DNA of 56,288 nt, from positions 1-56,288 of the IMG/VR virus record IMGVR_UViG_3300032893_000058; one strand, given 5' to 3'. Position numbers and translations under genes: made by a program. The notes below the pieces were generated by a model. The model ran no database searches. It saw only the letters and a program-made list of their open reading frames with translations, and was not told the DNA's origin. The DNA comes from a virus. Lineage: Duplodnaviria > Caudoviricetes. Shown in pieces: positions 42,301-52,122 of this stretch (its first letter is position 1; each line of letters begins with the position of its first letter).

Positions 42301-42637
42301 AGTCGTCTTTCTCCATCTTTTGATGGACGCGTTTGCCGAATTTTTCCGAAGCGCCGCGGTCGCGGATCAGCGCTTCGGCGATCTGATCTTTCATGTAAGT
42401 CGAGACGCGCGCTTCCGGCGCCTTTAGCATTTCGACCAGCAGGCGCCGCGCCAATACCACAAAGTGAACCCACCCTGGCGGAATTTTTTTAGCCTGGTTC
42501 TCTCCTACGATTCGCCAGCCACTTTTATAATGCTTCCAAGTAGGAAAAGCAGCGCGAAAGCGCTCGCTACGATTGCGCTCGTAAAATTGACCGGCTAATT
42601 CCACGGCCATTGATTTAATGAGCGGTTCTATCGACAT
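42269..42637 (-). CDS. Hypothetical protein
   Basis: ORF in the late operon. Confidence 0.65.
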   Translation of the reverse strand: MSIEPLIKSMAVELAGQFYERNRSERFRAAFPTWKHYKSGWRIVGENQAKKIPPGWVHFVVLARRLLVEMLKAPEARVSTYMKDQIAEALIRDRGASEKFGKRVHQKMEKDDYGEKSVAAVN

Positions 42638-43124
42638 TAAGCCGCCCTTTCTTATTAAGTTTGTTCATTTGGCTTTTATACCAAGCGTCTTTCTTTAAAG
42701 TCTCTGTGGTGCGAAAATAATTACCATTAACTAATTTACACCGCAGAGACTTTGGAAGAGTAACGTGAGTCTCCCAAAATTCGATGGCTAATTTAGCCCG
42801 TTCTGCTTTAACAATTAAATACGGGTACATTTCGCACAACAAATTGTATGCAGCTTCTCCATTCCATGTTAAACGACCAGCTACCTTGCATTGGGCTGGG
42901 CGATTACATCGGTCGTTTAAATAAAAGCAACCGCCATAAACCCCGTGGATTAGCCTTAACACTGTCATATCAGTATTAACGACTGATACGCGGAGAGTGC
43001 TGCGCTTATATTTTCCTAACCGAGCAATCGTAATGTTACCTTCACCGTCAAAAAATCCGGCTAAGTATACGAGCGACAAAACTTGTCGCAATAGCCGTTT
43101 ATTTTTAGTTTTAGGTATCATCAA
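42615..43124 (-). CDS. Free-standing LAGLIDADG homing endonuclease
   Basis: YLAGFFDGEGNI...V.NTD...PYLIVK; AT-rich. Confidence 0.85.
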   Translation of the reverse strand: MMIPKTKNKRLLRQVLSLVYLAGFFDGEGNITIARLGKYKRSTLRVSVVNTDMTVLRLIHGVYGGCFYLNDRCNRPAQCKVAGRLTWNGEAAYNLLCEMYPYLIVKAERAKLAIEFWETHVTLPKSLRCKLVNGNYFRTTETLKKDAWYKSQMNKLNKKGRLNVDRTAH

Positions 43125-43327
43125 CGCTTACCACGCTTGCCGTGAAAATTTTTCTGTCCGGGCGCCGCGTGCTTCTTGCGGGCGATTTCGCCGATCACGC
43201 CGCCCGGCACACCTTCAGCCTTGAGTTGCGCCGCCCGGCCGCCGTGGCCCAGCTTGTTCGACTTGCCGCGAAACGACCCGGTCTTCCGGGTGCCGTGACG
43301 ATGCAACTTTCCTGCCGGCTGTGCCAT
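43121..43327 (-). CDS. Small basic protein
   Basis: Lys/Arg/Gly-rich; GGAGGG RBS. Confidence 0.7.
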   Translation of the reverse strand: MAQPAGKLHRHGTRKTGSFRGKSNKLGHGGRAAQLKAEGVPGGVIGEIARKKHAAPGQKNFHGKRGKR

Positions 43328-43365
43328 TTCGACGCCCTCCATGGGGGATTGTGGCGCCCCGCCGC

Positions 43366-43394
43366 AATTTATATCACGACGGGGCCGGTGTCAA
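43366..43394 (-). promoter_or_regulatory. Sigma70-type promoter for head operon
   Basis: TTGACA-N17-TAAATT on the - strand. Confidence 0.55.
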
Positions 43395-43403
43395 TTTCCG
43401 AAG

Positions 43404-43673
43404 CTATTTATTGTGCTTCGGCTCGGGTCCGATGTGCGGGTAATTCGAACCCTGCCGCGGCCCGATATTCGGGCCACGCATCGACATGCCGCCCTCATGG
43501 TGATGCGGCTCGGTGTGCGCCGAATGCATGTGCGGGCCATGATGCTCTTCGTGATGGTTCCGATGATGTGACGACACATCGGGGTGGTGATGGCCTTTGC
43601 CGTGCTTGTGACCCTCTTCGTGATGGTGATGAGTCCGAGTATGCTTGGTGTGGGGCTTCGTATGCTTCGCCAT
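43404..43673 (-). CDS. Histidine-rich small protein
   Basis: About 26 His in 89 aa; AGGAG RBS. Confidence 0.7.
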   Translation of the reverse strand: MAKHTKPHTKHTRTHHHHEEGHKHGKGHHHPDVSSHHRNHHEEHHGPHMHSAHTEPHHHEGGMSMRGPNIGPRQGSNYPHIGPEPKHNK

Positions 43674-43697
43674 GGTTGCATTCTCCTGTGGTGGTCC

Positions 43698-43847
43698 TTA
43701 GCGCCGCTTGGATTTGGTCTTGCGCCCGGCGCGACGCTGAACGGCATAGCCAATGGCCGCCGCCTGCTTGGGAGGCTTACCAGCCTCGATCTCGGTGCGA
43801 ATGTTCTGTCGCAAGGCTTTCTTGGATTTTGATTTAATGAGCGGCAT
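43698..43847 (-). CDS. Small basic phage protein (49 aa)
   Basis: My translation [49 protein letters not shown], a widespread phage head-region pattern; TGATG coupling. Confidence 0.75.
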   Translation of the reverse strand: MPLIKSKSKKALRQNIRTEIEAGKPPKQAAAIGYAVQRRAGRKTKSKRR

Positions 43848-46171
43848 CAGCGCTTCTCCTGATCTTGAAACGGATTGCCGTTAACCGGCGTGAACATGAA
43901 TGGCGAGCCGTGCATGAATAGCGGGAAGCCTTTGCGCTGCGCCACGTCCTTCATCTTGGGCGTGAGGCGAAGGACAGGAACGCGCACACCCTCAGCATCA
44001 ACATCCATGAACCGCTTGGCTGCGTCCAGGTCCTTGAAATAGCGAATTCCTTCCGGGTGCTCAACCATGAACTTATAATCGTTGGAACGCATCAAATTGG
44101 CGACGTGCGGCGCCAAATCGGGATCGTCATGCGTGCGCAAATGAAAATTGGCGGATTCGGGCGGCAGGCTCTTATATTCCACCTTAGCTCCAAACTTCTT
44201 TCCTATCGCGTTGGCCTTGTCGACCAGCATCTTGTCGTAGAATTTCTTCATGCCTTCGCCGCCGACCTTGAGATCGGGCGTGTCCAATTCAACGTTGCGG
44301 TCGCCGAATTTAAAGTCTGGCCCGGCTTTGTTGATTAATTTTTGTGCTGGTTCTTTGCCGATCACTCCTTCTAACTTATCAAGCGACTCCAAATCATGTG
44401 TCAATACAGTATGACCACCTTTGTCGTATGCGATTATATTGTACGGAAGGCGCGGATTGTTGCTAGCGCCCAGTGACACTTTGCTGAGTTTTTTGCTCAG
44501 ATCATATCGCTCCGCCTGCTGCTCGCCCGGCGTCCAGCTTATCGCGTCGTAGCCTTCACGCGCCGCCTTGGTAATGGCGCGCTTGAGAGCAAGATCGGCC
44601 CAAGTGGTCTTAAACGGAGCGTCGGGAACACCTTCCTGCATTAATTGTTGCTGAGCAGCACGAACATATTCGTCACGACGTGTCCTGTCTAGTTGGTCAA
44701 AGGTTGGTTCATCCGCTTGTTTATGATTATTCCAGAAATCAGAAGCTTTAGCTTCTATTTCTTGCTGAGTGGGCGGCGTTGTACGCCGATATCCTTGCTT
44801 CCTTCCCGCTTGGTGCCAGTCGCTCTGCACTTCTTCCAGGTGAAGGGACTTACCGACGTCGGGAATGACTCTGTCATTCATCCGCATATGGACAAGCACG
44901 TTAGGCTCGTCCCAGTGGGAAGACTGAAATATATCGCCTGTCACATGACCTGCACCTTGATGAACTAAGGCGCGTTCCAACCCCACCATTTCATTGGATT
45001 CAGCATCGGTCAGACTGCGCTGATCTGCAATGCGGGTTAGCGCGTCATAACGCGCAGTTGCGTTTTGTGCGCCATTCGGCATCGTCAACAGCAGTTCGCG
45101 ATAGTTGTCGCCGCCCGGCAACTGATAATCGGAATATTTAGGGGCGCCGCCCGCGTAATACCGCAAATTATGTTCAGCCGATTCGTGCGACCAATCAAAT
45201 AAGACGTCGGGGTTTTGCTCCTGCACTGCTTGGCGAAATTCGGAAGCTATATTGCTAGCTTCTTGCGGCGTGTTGCCTACGCCCAAAATATTATTGTTGC
45301 CATCAACCGCGTGAAACATTCCGTCGTTACGAGGTTCGACACGCACCGAAGTATTCGGATGCCATTGCCCATAAATATGGTCGGCTTCTTCTCCGATACT
45401 ATCTTCGTGTAATGGTGTTCCGCTCTTTTCCACTTCCTGTAGCTGCGGCCCGTGGCCCTGTGCGTGCGCCAGCATGTCGGACTTCGTCATGGCCTGCTTG
45501 CCGGCCGGGAAGTTGAGCCAGTCGAGTTCTTCCTGCTTGACGCCGGGTTGATTGCGTAGCCAGCCTTGCCATTGGTCGGCAGTCATTTTGTCCTGCGGCG
45601 CGCTGGTCAGCGCGTGCTCGACGGCGGAATGAAACGCGCCGCCCGCCGGCAATTCCGGTTGCACTGCTCGACCGCCGCCCATGCCTAACGCCGTTCCTTC
45701 GCGCGCCATCGCCGCCGGCATGCTACCAAGCCCGGCGAATGCCGACAAGTCCTGAACGCGCTGGACGGCAGCTTCGCTCGGGTAACCGGTGCGCGGGTCG
45801 ATTTCGGGCTGCATCGATGTGACGTTGCCGTACGGGTCGCGCGTCGTCACTTGCCCGGTTTGATACACTTCACCTGGCAACGTCAGGGCCGACCGCACCA
45901 GCCGTTCCGGCCACGTCTCGTAGCGTAGGCCATTGAGGCCGAGCAATTTGTCGAGAATGCCGCGTTGCTGGGGCTGCGGCTGGGCTTGCGTCAATTGCTG
46001 CACGGCGTTGGGCGCCCCGACCGGCTGCGGGCTAATCAGTGACCGGATATCGGTGCCGTCGCCGGGCGACGGCGGCATATAATTAGCCGGCATGATCGCA
46101 ATACGCGGCACGCCTTCCGCCGTCCGCGGAACGGTCGACCAGTCATCGTCTTGGTAATAAGCGTCGCTCAA
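43847..46171 (-). CDS. Large polyvalent-protein-type domain protein, probably virion-delivered
   Basis: [56 protein letters not shown] motifs. Confidence 0.65.
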   Translation of the reverse strand: MSDAYYQDDDWSTVPRTAEGVPRIAIMPANYMPPSPGDGTDIRSLISPQPVGAPNAVQQLTQAQPQPQQRGILDKLLGLNGLRYETWPERLVRSALTLPGEVYQTGQVTTRDPYGNVTSMQPEIDPRTGYPSEAAVQRVQDLSAFAGLGSMPAAMAREGTALGMGGGRAVQPELPAGGAFHSAVEHALTSAPQDKMTADQWQGWLRNQPGVKQEELDWLNFPAGKQAMTKSDMLAHAQGHGPQLQEVEKSGTPLHEDSIGEEADHIYGQWHPNTSVRVEPRNDGMFHAVDGNNNILGVGNTPQEASNIASEFRQAVQEQNPDVLFDWSHESAEHNLRYYAGGAPKYSDYQLPGGDNYRELLLTMPNGAQNATARYDALTRIADQRSLTDAESNEMVGLERALVHQGAGHVTGDIFQSSHWDEPNVLVHMRMNDRVIPDVGKSLHLEEVQSDWHQAGRKQGYRRTTPPTQQEIEAKASDFWNNHKQADEPTFDQLDRTRRDEYVRAAQQQLMQEGVPDAPFKTTWADLALKRAITKAAREGYDAISWTPGEQQAERYDLSKKLSKVSLGASNNPRLPYNIIAYDKGGHTVLTHDLESLDKLEGVIGKEPAQKLINKAGPDFKFGDRNVELDTPDLKVGGEGMKKFYDKMLVDKANAIGKKFGAKVEYKSLPPESANFHLRTHDDPDLAPHVANLMRSNDYKFMVEHPEGIRYFKDLDAAKRFMDVDAEGVRVPVLRLTPKMKDVAQRKGFPLFMHGSPFMFTPVNGNPFQDQEKR

Positions 46172-46174
46172 ACC

Positions 46175-46624
46175 TTACTCCCAACGTATTGCGATGGCGC
46201 CGGCAATGGAACGGGCGCGGCTACGCAGCGCATGACCGTCATTACCGGATTCCACCACCCACTGGCCGTTCTGCTGGCCGACGATCTTGCCGACGTGGTG
46301 TGGCCATACTACCACGGCGCCGATGCCGACCGGTCCTGGATGGCCCCAGCGCGCCCAGTTGCGCGCGAGGTTATACGAACTACCGGGGTCGCTGCTGACC
46401 AATTGACGCATTGCCCAGCCGCACCAGGCGGCGGGCCGCGGGCCGGCGTGAGCGCTGTTCAACATGTGGAGCAGCCCGGCGCCCAGCCCTTCGGCAAAAT
46501 TGTGCGCCACGACGACATAATGATGGTGCGAACGGTGCGCGTGATGACGTGCGTGATGTCGGCCGTGCGCCGAAGCCGGCGTGGCCAACACGACGAGCAA
46601 TGCTGCGATCAAAATATGTCTCAT
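46175..46624 (-). CDS. Secreted CHAP/NlpC-like cysteine amidase
   Basis: Signal peptide ...ATPASA-H, His-rich linker, AWCGW...LARNW..WG...HHVG...SGN (Cys/His dyad). Confidence 0.7.
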   Translation of the reverse strand: MRHILIAALLVVLATPASAHGRHHARHHAHRSHHHYVVVAHNFAEGLGAGLLHMLNSAHAGPRPAAWCGWAMRQLVSSDPGSSYNLARNWARWGHPGPVGIGAVVVWPHHVGKIVGQQNGQWVVESGNDGHALRSRARSIAGAIAIRWE

Positions 46625-48981
46625 TGTGGAGTCTCCGTGCCGTTACTAATCGGGGTCGCCTGCAAAAATTCACCAGTGTCCGGGTGCTGCGTATACAAAT
46701 TGCCGTCGCCGGCCTTGACCAGCCGCCCGGCCAGATTGCCGTTGGCCTTCAGGCCGCCGCGCCACGCGCCGAGGCCGACGTCCGGAATGTCCATCGGCTC
46801 GCCGCCGCCCTGCTCCACTGCTTGCGAAATGTCTTCGCCGCCCAGCTTGGCGATGCGGTTCGGCAGGTCGATGCCGAGCATGTCAGACAACGTCTGCCTG
46901 ATCTGGTCGTCCAAGTCCTCACGCTCGCCGAGAATCTTGACCGCCTCCGCAGTACCCTTGAGCCGCCGGGTTTCAGCATCGTACGCCTCGATGTCGCGCA
47001 ACTGTTCCTTGCCGACCAGTTTGAGCCGCTTCTCGGCCAGCGACTGCATCGCTTCGCCGACTTGCTGCGTCAGTTCCTTGACCTGATTCTGCAGTTGCAT
47101 CATCATCGGCGTCGGCGCCTGATCGTCGAACAGATAAGGCTTCTCGACTTTGATCTTGCGCATCAGCCGTTCGGCGATCTTGTCGGCCAGCGGGAAGTCG
47201 GCCGAACGGAACATCAGGTCGCCGATTTCGTTGATCAGTTCCGGCGCCCCGGTCACGATCTGCACGAACGCATTCCAAGCTTCCTGACGCTGCGTGCCAT
47301 ACGCCGGGCCGACATCGGCCTCGACGATGTAACGCCCGATCTTCGGGTTAAACATCACCTGAATGGCGTCGCCGTCCTTCTTTTCGTCGATCGCCTTTTC
47401 CAGGTCAGGCTTAATCGTAATTTTGCTTTCAACGCCATCGCGCCCCATGATCTGAATGATGCGCTCACGGTCGTAAATATGCGGCACCAGGTCGAGGATG
47501 ATCATGCCGGTGTAGCGAATCGCCGCCGCCTGATGATCGACGAAATGATAAGTCGACTTCTCGGCCGGGCGCTGGCGTTCCTGAATGGCCTTACCGGAGC
47601 GCTCGTTGCCGGTGCGTCCCTCGTAAGCTTCATACTGGCCGCTTGCCATGTCCATTTCGTGATCGGCAATGCGCATGCCGTCCAAGAAAGCCGGCGACGT
47701 GCCGGGTGGTTCCGGGCGCTGCGGCATCGGGATCGGCCGATCGTTTTCGTCAAAGGCATTGACAGGCAGGTACGCGTAATTTTGTATGTTGGCCCGGTTC
47801 CACATGTCCTCGTTACCAGCAAACGCTTCCTTCGGCCCGACCCACGGCACCTTGGTCTGCAGCGCGCCAAATTCGACCTGACCCGAACTATTATAGTTGT
47901 ACATGCGCTGCGGGTCCTTGAGGCGCCGCACGTGCCCGCACCGGTAAAGCTCCCCATCGATCACGCGCTCGACGCCGACCGTGCGCACCAGTGGGATATA
48001 CTTGCCCTTCAGCTTGCGCCGGTCGACGATGACGTTGCCGACGATCTTGTACCATTCGAGCGTGCGCTTGACCACCTTGCGGCGCCGCACTTCGTTGCCG
48101 GCCTCTTCTTCCCGCTTCAGCGCGTCGATGAACTGCTTCGGCACGTCGGACCGCAAAAATACGGTGCCGGTGCCGCCTTCATCTTCCATGTAGATAAGTT
48201 CGTCGTCCTTTTCCAAGATGCGGTAATATTCGGCCTCGCGCACGCTGTCGAGCCTGATCCAGGTGTCCGGCCCGCTGAGCGTCGAGCCGGCGGCCGTGAA
48301 ATCGACGTTCGGATATTCGCGCTCCATTTCGTCCTTCGGCTTGTCGCTGAAGACGAAGCCATATCGCGCGTCCGACCCGTCAAACTGTTCGATATCCGGG
48401 TCGAGGTAGACGCCAAGCTGGTTCTTGACCGGCGCAATGTAAATGCTCTGGTTGAACCAACTGATGTCGGGACGGTCGAATTGATTAACCTCTTCGCTGT
48501 CGAACTTGGTGATGACGCGCCACCAGCCGATGCCGCCTTCGACCGCGCTTTCAAGCGAATTGTCGTAAATGGTTTGGGCCTTCGACACGTACTCGATGTG
48601 CCGGACGATGCCTTCCTGAATCTGCGCCGCGCGAAATGTCGTGTCGTCGCCGACCGGCTTGACCGTAATCGACGCCTTGTTTTCCCGTGCGTCATTGACG
48701 ATCAGATTGACCTTTTGTACCACTTTGTTGATGGTCAACGACGGGCGCTTGTTTTTTTCGCGCTCTTTTTTCAAGTCATGCGGCCATTGCCAGCCGTTGT
48801 CGGCGTCGGCGTTGGCAAACTTCACGTCGGCCTTATACAGCGTCTGAAACTGGCTTTCCCAGTCGACGCACCGGTTGAAACGCTGCTGCGCTTCCTGGAC
48901 GATCCTGTCGTCTTCGGATAATTCGAGCGACGACGTGCGCTTGTCGGTGCTCTGGTCCTTGGTCGTGGGGCGCTTGGCCAT
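46621..48981 (-). CDS. Portal protein (P22-like)
   Basis: WQW...RP.LTINK, KD.QR.YNY, SG.AI..RQ, GP.Y.TQRQE. Confidence 0.95.
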   Translation of the reverse strand: MAKRPTTKDQSTDKRTSSLELSEDDRIVQEAQQRFNRCVDWESQFQTLYKADVKFANADADNGWQWPHDLKKEREKNKRPSLTINKVVQKVNLIVNDARENKASITVKPVGDDTTFRAAQIQEGIVRHIEYVSKAQTIYDNSLESAVEGGIGWWRVITKFDSEEVNQFDRPDISWFNQSIYIAPVKNQLGVYLDPDIEQFDGSDARYGFVFSDKPKDEMEREYPNVDFTAAGSTLSGPDTWIRLDSVREAEYYRILEKDDELIYMEDEGGTGTVFLRSDVPKQFIDALKREEEAGNEVRRRKVVKRTLEWYKIVGNVIVDRRKLKGKYIPLVRTVGVERVIDGELYRCGHVRRLKDPQRMYNYNSSGQVEFGALQTKVPWVGPKEAFAGNEDMWNRANIQNYAYLPVNAFDENDRPIPMPQRPEPPGTSPAFLDGMRIADHEMDMASGQYEAYEGRTGNERSGKAIQERQRPAEKSTYHFVDHQAAAIRYTGMIILDLVPHIYDRERIIQIMGRDGVESKITIKPDLEKAIDEKKDGDAIQVMFNPKIGRYIVEADVGPAYGTQRQEAWNAFVQIVTGAPELINEIGDLMFRSADFPLADKIAERLMRKIKVEKPYLFDDQAPTPMMMQLQNQVKELTQQVGEAMQSLAEKRLKLVGKEQLRDIEAYDAETRRLKGTAEAVKILGEREDLDDQIRQTLSDMLGIDLPNRIAKLGGEDISQAVEQGGGEPMDIPDVGLGAWRGGLKANGNLAGRLVKAGDGNLYTQHPDTGEFLQATPISNGTETPQ

Positions 48982-48982
48982 C

Positions 48983-50326
48983 TTACAGGTTCATCCATCC
49001 GTTGGGGCTGTCGCCCGACCGCAGCGAACTTTCACGTTCGATGGCGGCGCCTTCGTCGCCTGTGTCCTGTTCTTTTTCCTTTTTGTTGCCCTCGCGTAGT
49101 TCTACCGCGTAATAGCCGAAGGCTTTCGCACCGTGCGACGCCCAGTTATGCTTCGGGGTCTTTGACCGCTGGTTGGTGTGCGGGTCGACGTCGTATTGGT
49201 AATGTTGCAACGACAGCACGCCTTGCGAACAGTCGACTTCATTGATGTTGATGCGCGGAAATAGCGCGCGGGTCGCGCTGATCTGATTGACTTCCGGAAT
49301 GTTCGGCACGATGCGCACGATGCCGGGCGTCGGCAACAGTGCCTTGACCTGCTTTTCGATGGTGTTGTGCACCAGCCCGCGCGCTGCTTGGTGCGCCTGC
49401 CGGGCGTCATGGGGTAACAGCACCCGCTTGATGATGTAGCCGCGGGCCTGAAGCTCTTTGATGAAGTAGCCGATGTCCTTCGCCACGTCTTCCATGTAGA
49501 AGATGGCGTTGTGATCCATGCTGATTTGCTGAAACACCCAGCAGGCGCAGGCGTCCGAATCGCCGAGATCAAATACGACGGTAACGCCGCGCCCGGCGTC
49601 GTGCTTGATGCGCGGCGACACGCGACCATCTTCGATGGCCTTGCCCAGTTCCTTGGCATAAATGGCGCCGCTTAATGCGCGCCGCGGCCTGCCTTCCCAT
49701 ACGTTCAAATATTCGTCATAGTCCTTGGCCCGCATATCGAGCATCTGGCGTTCCGACGTTTTCGGGAAGAACGGATTGTCCTTATAGTTCATGACGATGA
49801 CGATGGCGCCTTCCGGCGGGTCAATCACGAACATCTTGTAAGTATCATCGGTGACCAATTCCGGGTTGAGATCAATCCAGATTTCCGACCCCTGTTTGAA
49901 CGGTCCGGCCGGCGGGTCGCGCCGCACGGTCGGCAGCAGCACGCGCCACTTGGCCTTCGACACGTGGGCCGCTTCCATTACCCACAAGATGTCGATGCCC
50001 TCGGTCGAGCGGACCGAATTAATGTTGTTCAGGCCTGTAAATACGAACGTCGTGCCGTTGACACCCCGAATTTCGGTTTCGAGCGTCTGATAAAAACCGC
50101 CCAGTCCGATCTGCTCCGACTGCTCGGAAATGACGCGGTGCAACGAGTCCTTGATCGAGCGTTGCACTTCACGAGCACATACGATGAACAGCTTCCGGTG
50201 AGAGCCGAGAATGAGAGCGGCGCGGGCAAACGACCACGACGCCCCTTTGCTGCGCCCGCCGCAGATTACCTTGTACGGCGCGGGCGTAAAGATCGGCTTG
50301 ACTTTATCGGGAAACTGAACCTTCAA
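48983..50326 (-). CDS. terL: Terminase large subunit (PBSX-like)
   Basis: GGR P-loop region, CAREVQ.SI.DS, LLPTVR, NP, DNPFF, FDLG..D, LPHDA, H.WASH. Confidence 0.9.
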   Translation of the reverse strand: MKVQFPDKVKPIFTPAPYKVICGGRSKGASWSFARAALILGSHRKLFIVCAREVQRSIKDSLHRVISEQSEQIGLGGFYQTLETEIRGVNGTTFVFTGLNNINSVRSTEGIDILWVMEAAHVSKAKWRVLLPTVRRDPPAGPFKQGSEIWIDLNPELVTDDTYKMFVIDPPEGAIVIVMNYKDNPFFPKTSERQMLDMRAKDYDEYLNVWEGRPRRALSGAIYAKELGKAIEDGRVSPRIKHDAGRGVTVVFDLGDSDACACWVFQQISMDHNAIFYMEDVAKDIGYFIKELQARGYIIKRVLLPHDARQAHQAARGLVHNTIEKQVKALLPTPGIVRIVPNIPEVNQISATRALFPRININEVDCSQGVLSLQHYQYDVDPHTNQRSKTPKHNWASHGAKAFGYYAVELREGNKKEKEQDTGDEGAAIERESSLRSGDSPNGWMNL

Positions 50327-50682
50327 CGCGGCACCTTTTCTGCCCGCAACGTCTGAATTGCGGCTTCATGGTCCTTCACTTGCTGCTTCATTTCGTTAAA
50401 CTGCAGTATATGATCGGCAAATGAAGTCGTAATCCGCGTGAGAGCGACAGTCGTCTTATCCTGGTTTTCCGCGATCCGGCTCATGGCTTGCCAGACGCGC
50501 GTATTGTCGCCGTCGACCTTGGTCTTGATGTCGGAAAGCTGGGCCTGAGCCAGCCATAACGCAATCGCACCCAACGCACTGATGGCGAGCAACAGACCGC
50601 GCATTGCCCACGCGGCAGTGCGTTCTTTCGTCTCGGTAATCGATTTGAGCAGTGACAATGACCCGTTTCCAGCTTCCGACAT
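50323..50682 (-). CDS. Single-TM coiled-coil membrane protein (lysis region)
   Basis: TM GLLLAISALGAIALWLA followed by a coiled coil. Confidence 0.65.
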   Translation of the reverse strand: MSEAGNGSLSLLKSITETKERTAAWAMRGLLLAISALGAIALWLAQAQLSDIKTKVDGDNTRVWQAMSRIAENQDKTTVALTRITTSFADHILQFNEMKQQVKDHEAAIQTLRAEKVPR

Positions 50683-50722
50683 CGCGTATCTCCGTCTTCT
50701 TGGGTCTGACGACTACGTGCCT

Positions 50723-51433
50723 CTAGGGCACAATTGGCACCAGGGGCGCCACCGATGCCCCCGAAATGATCGCACTGACGATCTGCAGTACGGACTTTTT
50801 CGATGCGTCCGCCATGGCCGCGCAGTTAATCTGAATGTCGCCGCCGGTCTGCAGCGACTGAATAAGTTCGCTCACCTTCTCGGCGTCGGTAAAGACATGA
50901 ACTGGCGGTAGGGGCGGCGTCGTGCCGCCGGTCGTCGATGCCGGTGGATTGAGGACCGCTTGCTGCTTCTGCACCATGTTCACAACGGCGGTCCAGCACG
51001 GCGCCGTCACCTTGTTCGGCATCGCATTGGCGAGCGCCTGAGCATTTTGCAGGTCGGCCAGTGCGATGTTGTTGATGTTCTTGATCAGATTGGCGACAGC
51101 GGTTGCCGGCGTCGTCGAACCATTCTGCGCGCGGGCCGGCGTGCCGAACAGGACGAACAAGATGAACAGCGGCAACAGCAGCCAGGCCAGAACCGCCTTC
51201 GTACCGGTCGGCAGCGTCGCACTGGTCAGCGGACCGGCTTTGCTTGACGCAATGCCGGTAAGCGCCGTCAGCACGACGCCGTTGATCTGCGCGGCAAGAC
51301 CAGCAAACCATTGAACGTCGGGCGCGTATTGCGCGATGATGGGCGGCGCTTGCTGCACGCCGTAGCCGGCGATGAGAATCAAGACGTTGGTCAAAACCCC
51401 GAACCAGAACGTGAACTTGGCGTCGACTTGCAT
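50723..51433 (-). CDS. Holin-like multi-TM protein with C-terminal exported domain
   Basis: Two N-terminal TMs, a third TM ending in PARA-Q, then a helical domain with 2 Cys. Confidence 0.55.
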   Translation of the reverse strand: MQVDAKFTFWFGVLTNVLILIAGYGVQQAPPIIAQYAPDVQWFAGLAAQINGVVLTALTGIASSKAGPLTSATLPTGTKAVLAWLLLPLFILFVLFGTPARAQNGSTTPATAVANLIKNINNIALADLQNAQALANAMPNKVTAPCWTAVVNMVQKQQAVLNPPASTTGGTTPPLPPVHVFTDAEKVSELIQSLQTGGDIQINCAAMADASKKSVLQIVSAIISGASVAPLVPIVP

Positions 51434-51434
51434 T

Positions 51435-52121
51435 TTACCCTCCGTTTAGTTCCAACAGTGCAAGGCCCGCGGCCACGTCAGCGTGTGCCGCACCGAGTGA
51501 GTGGCCGGTAAAAACGACGGCATCTAGCCCGGCGAGCAGAGGCTTGATTGCCTTCCATGTCTCGGCCATGCCGATGACGAAGCCGTCCCACATTCGGCCA
51601 AACTTGTCGTGATCGACCACGCCTTCTGCCGCGTGGTCAATGCCAGTCAGATCGCGCAGCCAGTCGAGCTTGTCGTCCGAACCGCGAAACACGACATAGG
51701 CCGTTTTATCTTGGAACTTCAGCCCCCAGCACACGCCGGCCGTGACCTGGAATTCGTCCCACGTCTGCGGCGCACTGCTGTCCAGGACGTAGATGTCGCG
51801 ACACAGCCCGACGCAAAATTGGTGCTGCTCCGGAATGCAGCCGTCCTTGGCCCCGGTCACGTACAGTTCGACGTGATGCCATGCAAACATGCCCCAGTGA
51901 TCGCCGGTCGCGGGCGGTGCCGATATCAACTTCAAGTCAGTAGGGTGGCGAAAATTTAATCCGAGAATGGGCACGGTCAACGGCACATCGGTGACACGGT
52001 CGTGCTGCAGCGGCCCGGTGTAATTGCAATAAGATATGCTCTCGTCCAAACCCTTAAGTAGGGTTGCGAACACCGGGCCGCCAGGTTTTGGCTCGCCGAA
52101 GACGATGCGTTGCAGCTTCAT
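51435..52121 (-). CDS. Class-3 lipase, circularly permuted
   Basis: VVFRGS...DWLRDL...FTGHSLGAA at the C-terminus; VFGEPKPG, HDRVTDVP and WHHVELY at the N-terminus. Confidence 0.75.
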   Translation of the reverse strand: MKLQRIVFGEPKPGGPVFATLLKGLDESISYCNYTGPLQHDRVTDVPLTVPILGLNFRHPTDLKLISAPPATGDHWGMFAWHHVELYVTGAKDGCIPEQHQFCVGLCRDIYVLDSSAPQTWDEFQVTAGVCWGLKFQDKTAYVVFRGSDDKLDWLRDLTGIDHAAEGVVDHDKFGRMWDGFVIGMAETWKAIKPLLAGLDAVVFTGHSLGAAHADVAAGLALLELNGG

Positions 52122-52122
52122 C

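Noticed and set aside
42615-43124. Group I intron or intein around the LAGLIDADG gene
   Set aside because: The flanking ORFs are complete and overlap it directly, leaving no room for intron core elements.
46411-48921. 836-aa + strand ORF (and similar long ORFs at 39710..41056, 31967..33292, 8085..9146)
   Set aside because: Antisense shadows of portal, capsid, ejection and primase genes, caused by high-GC codon bias.
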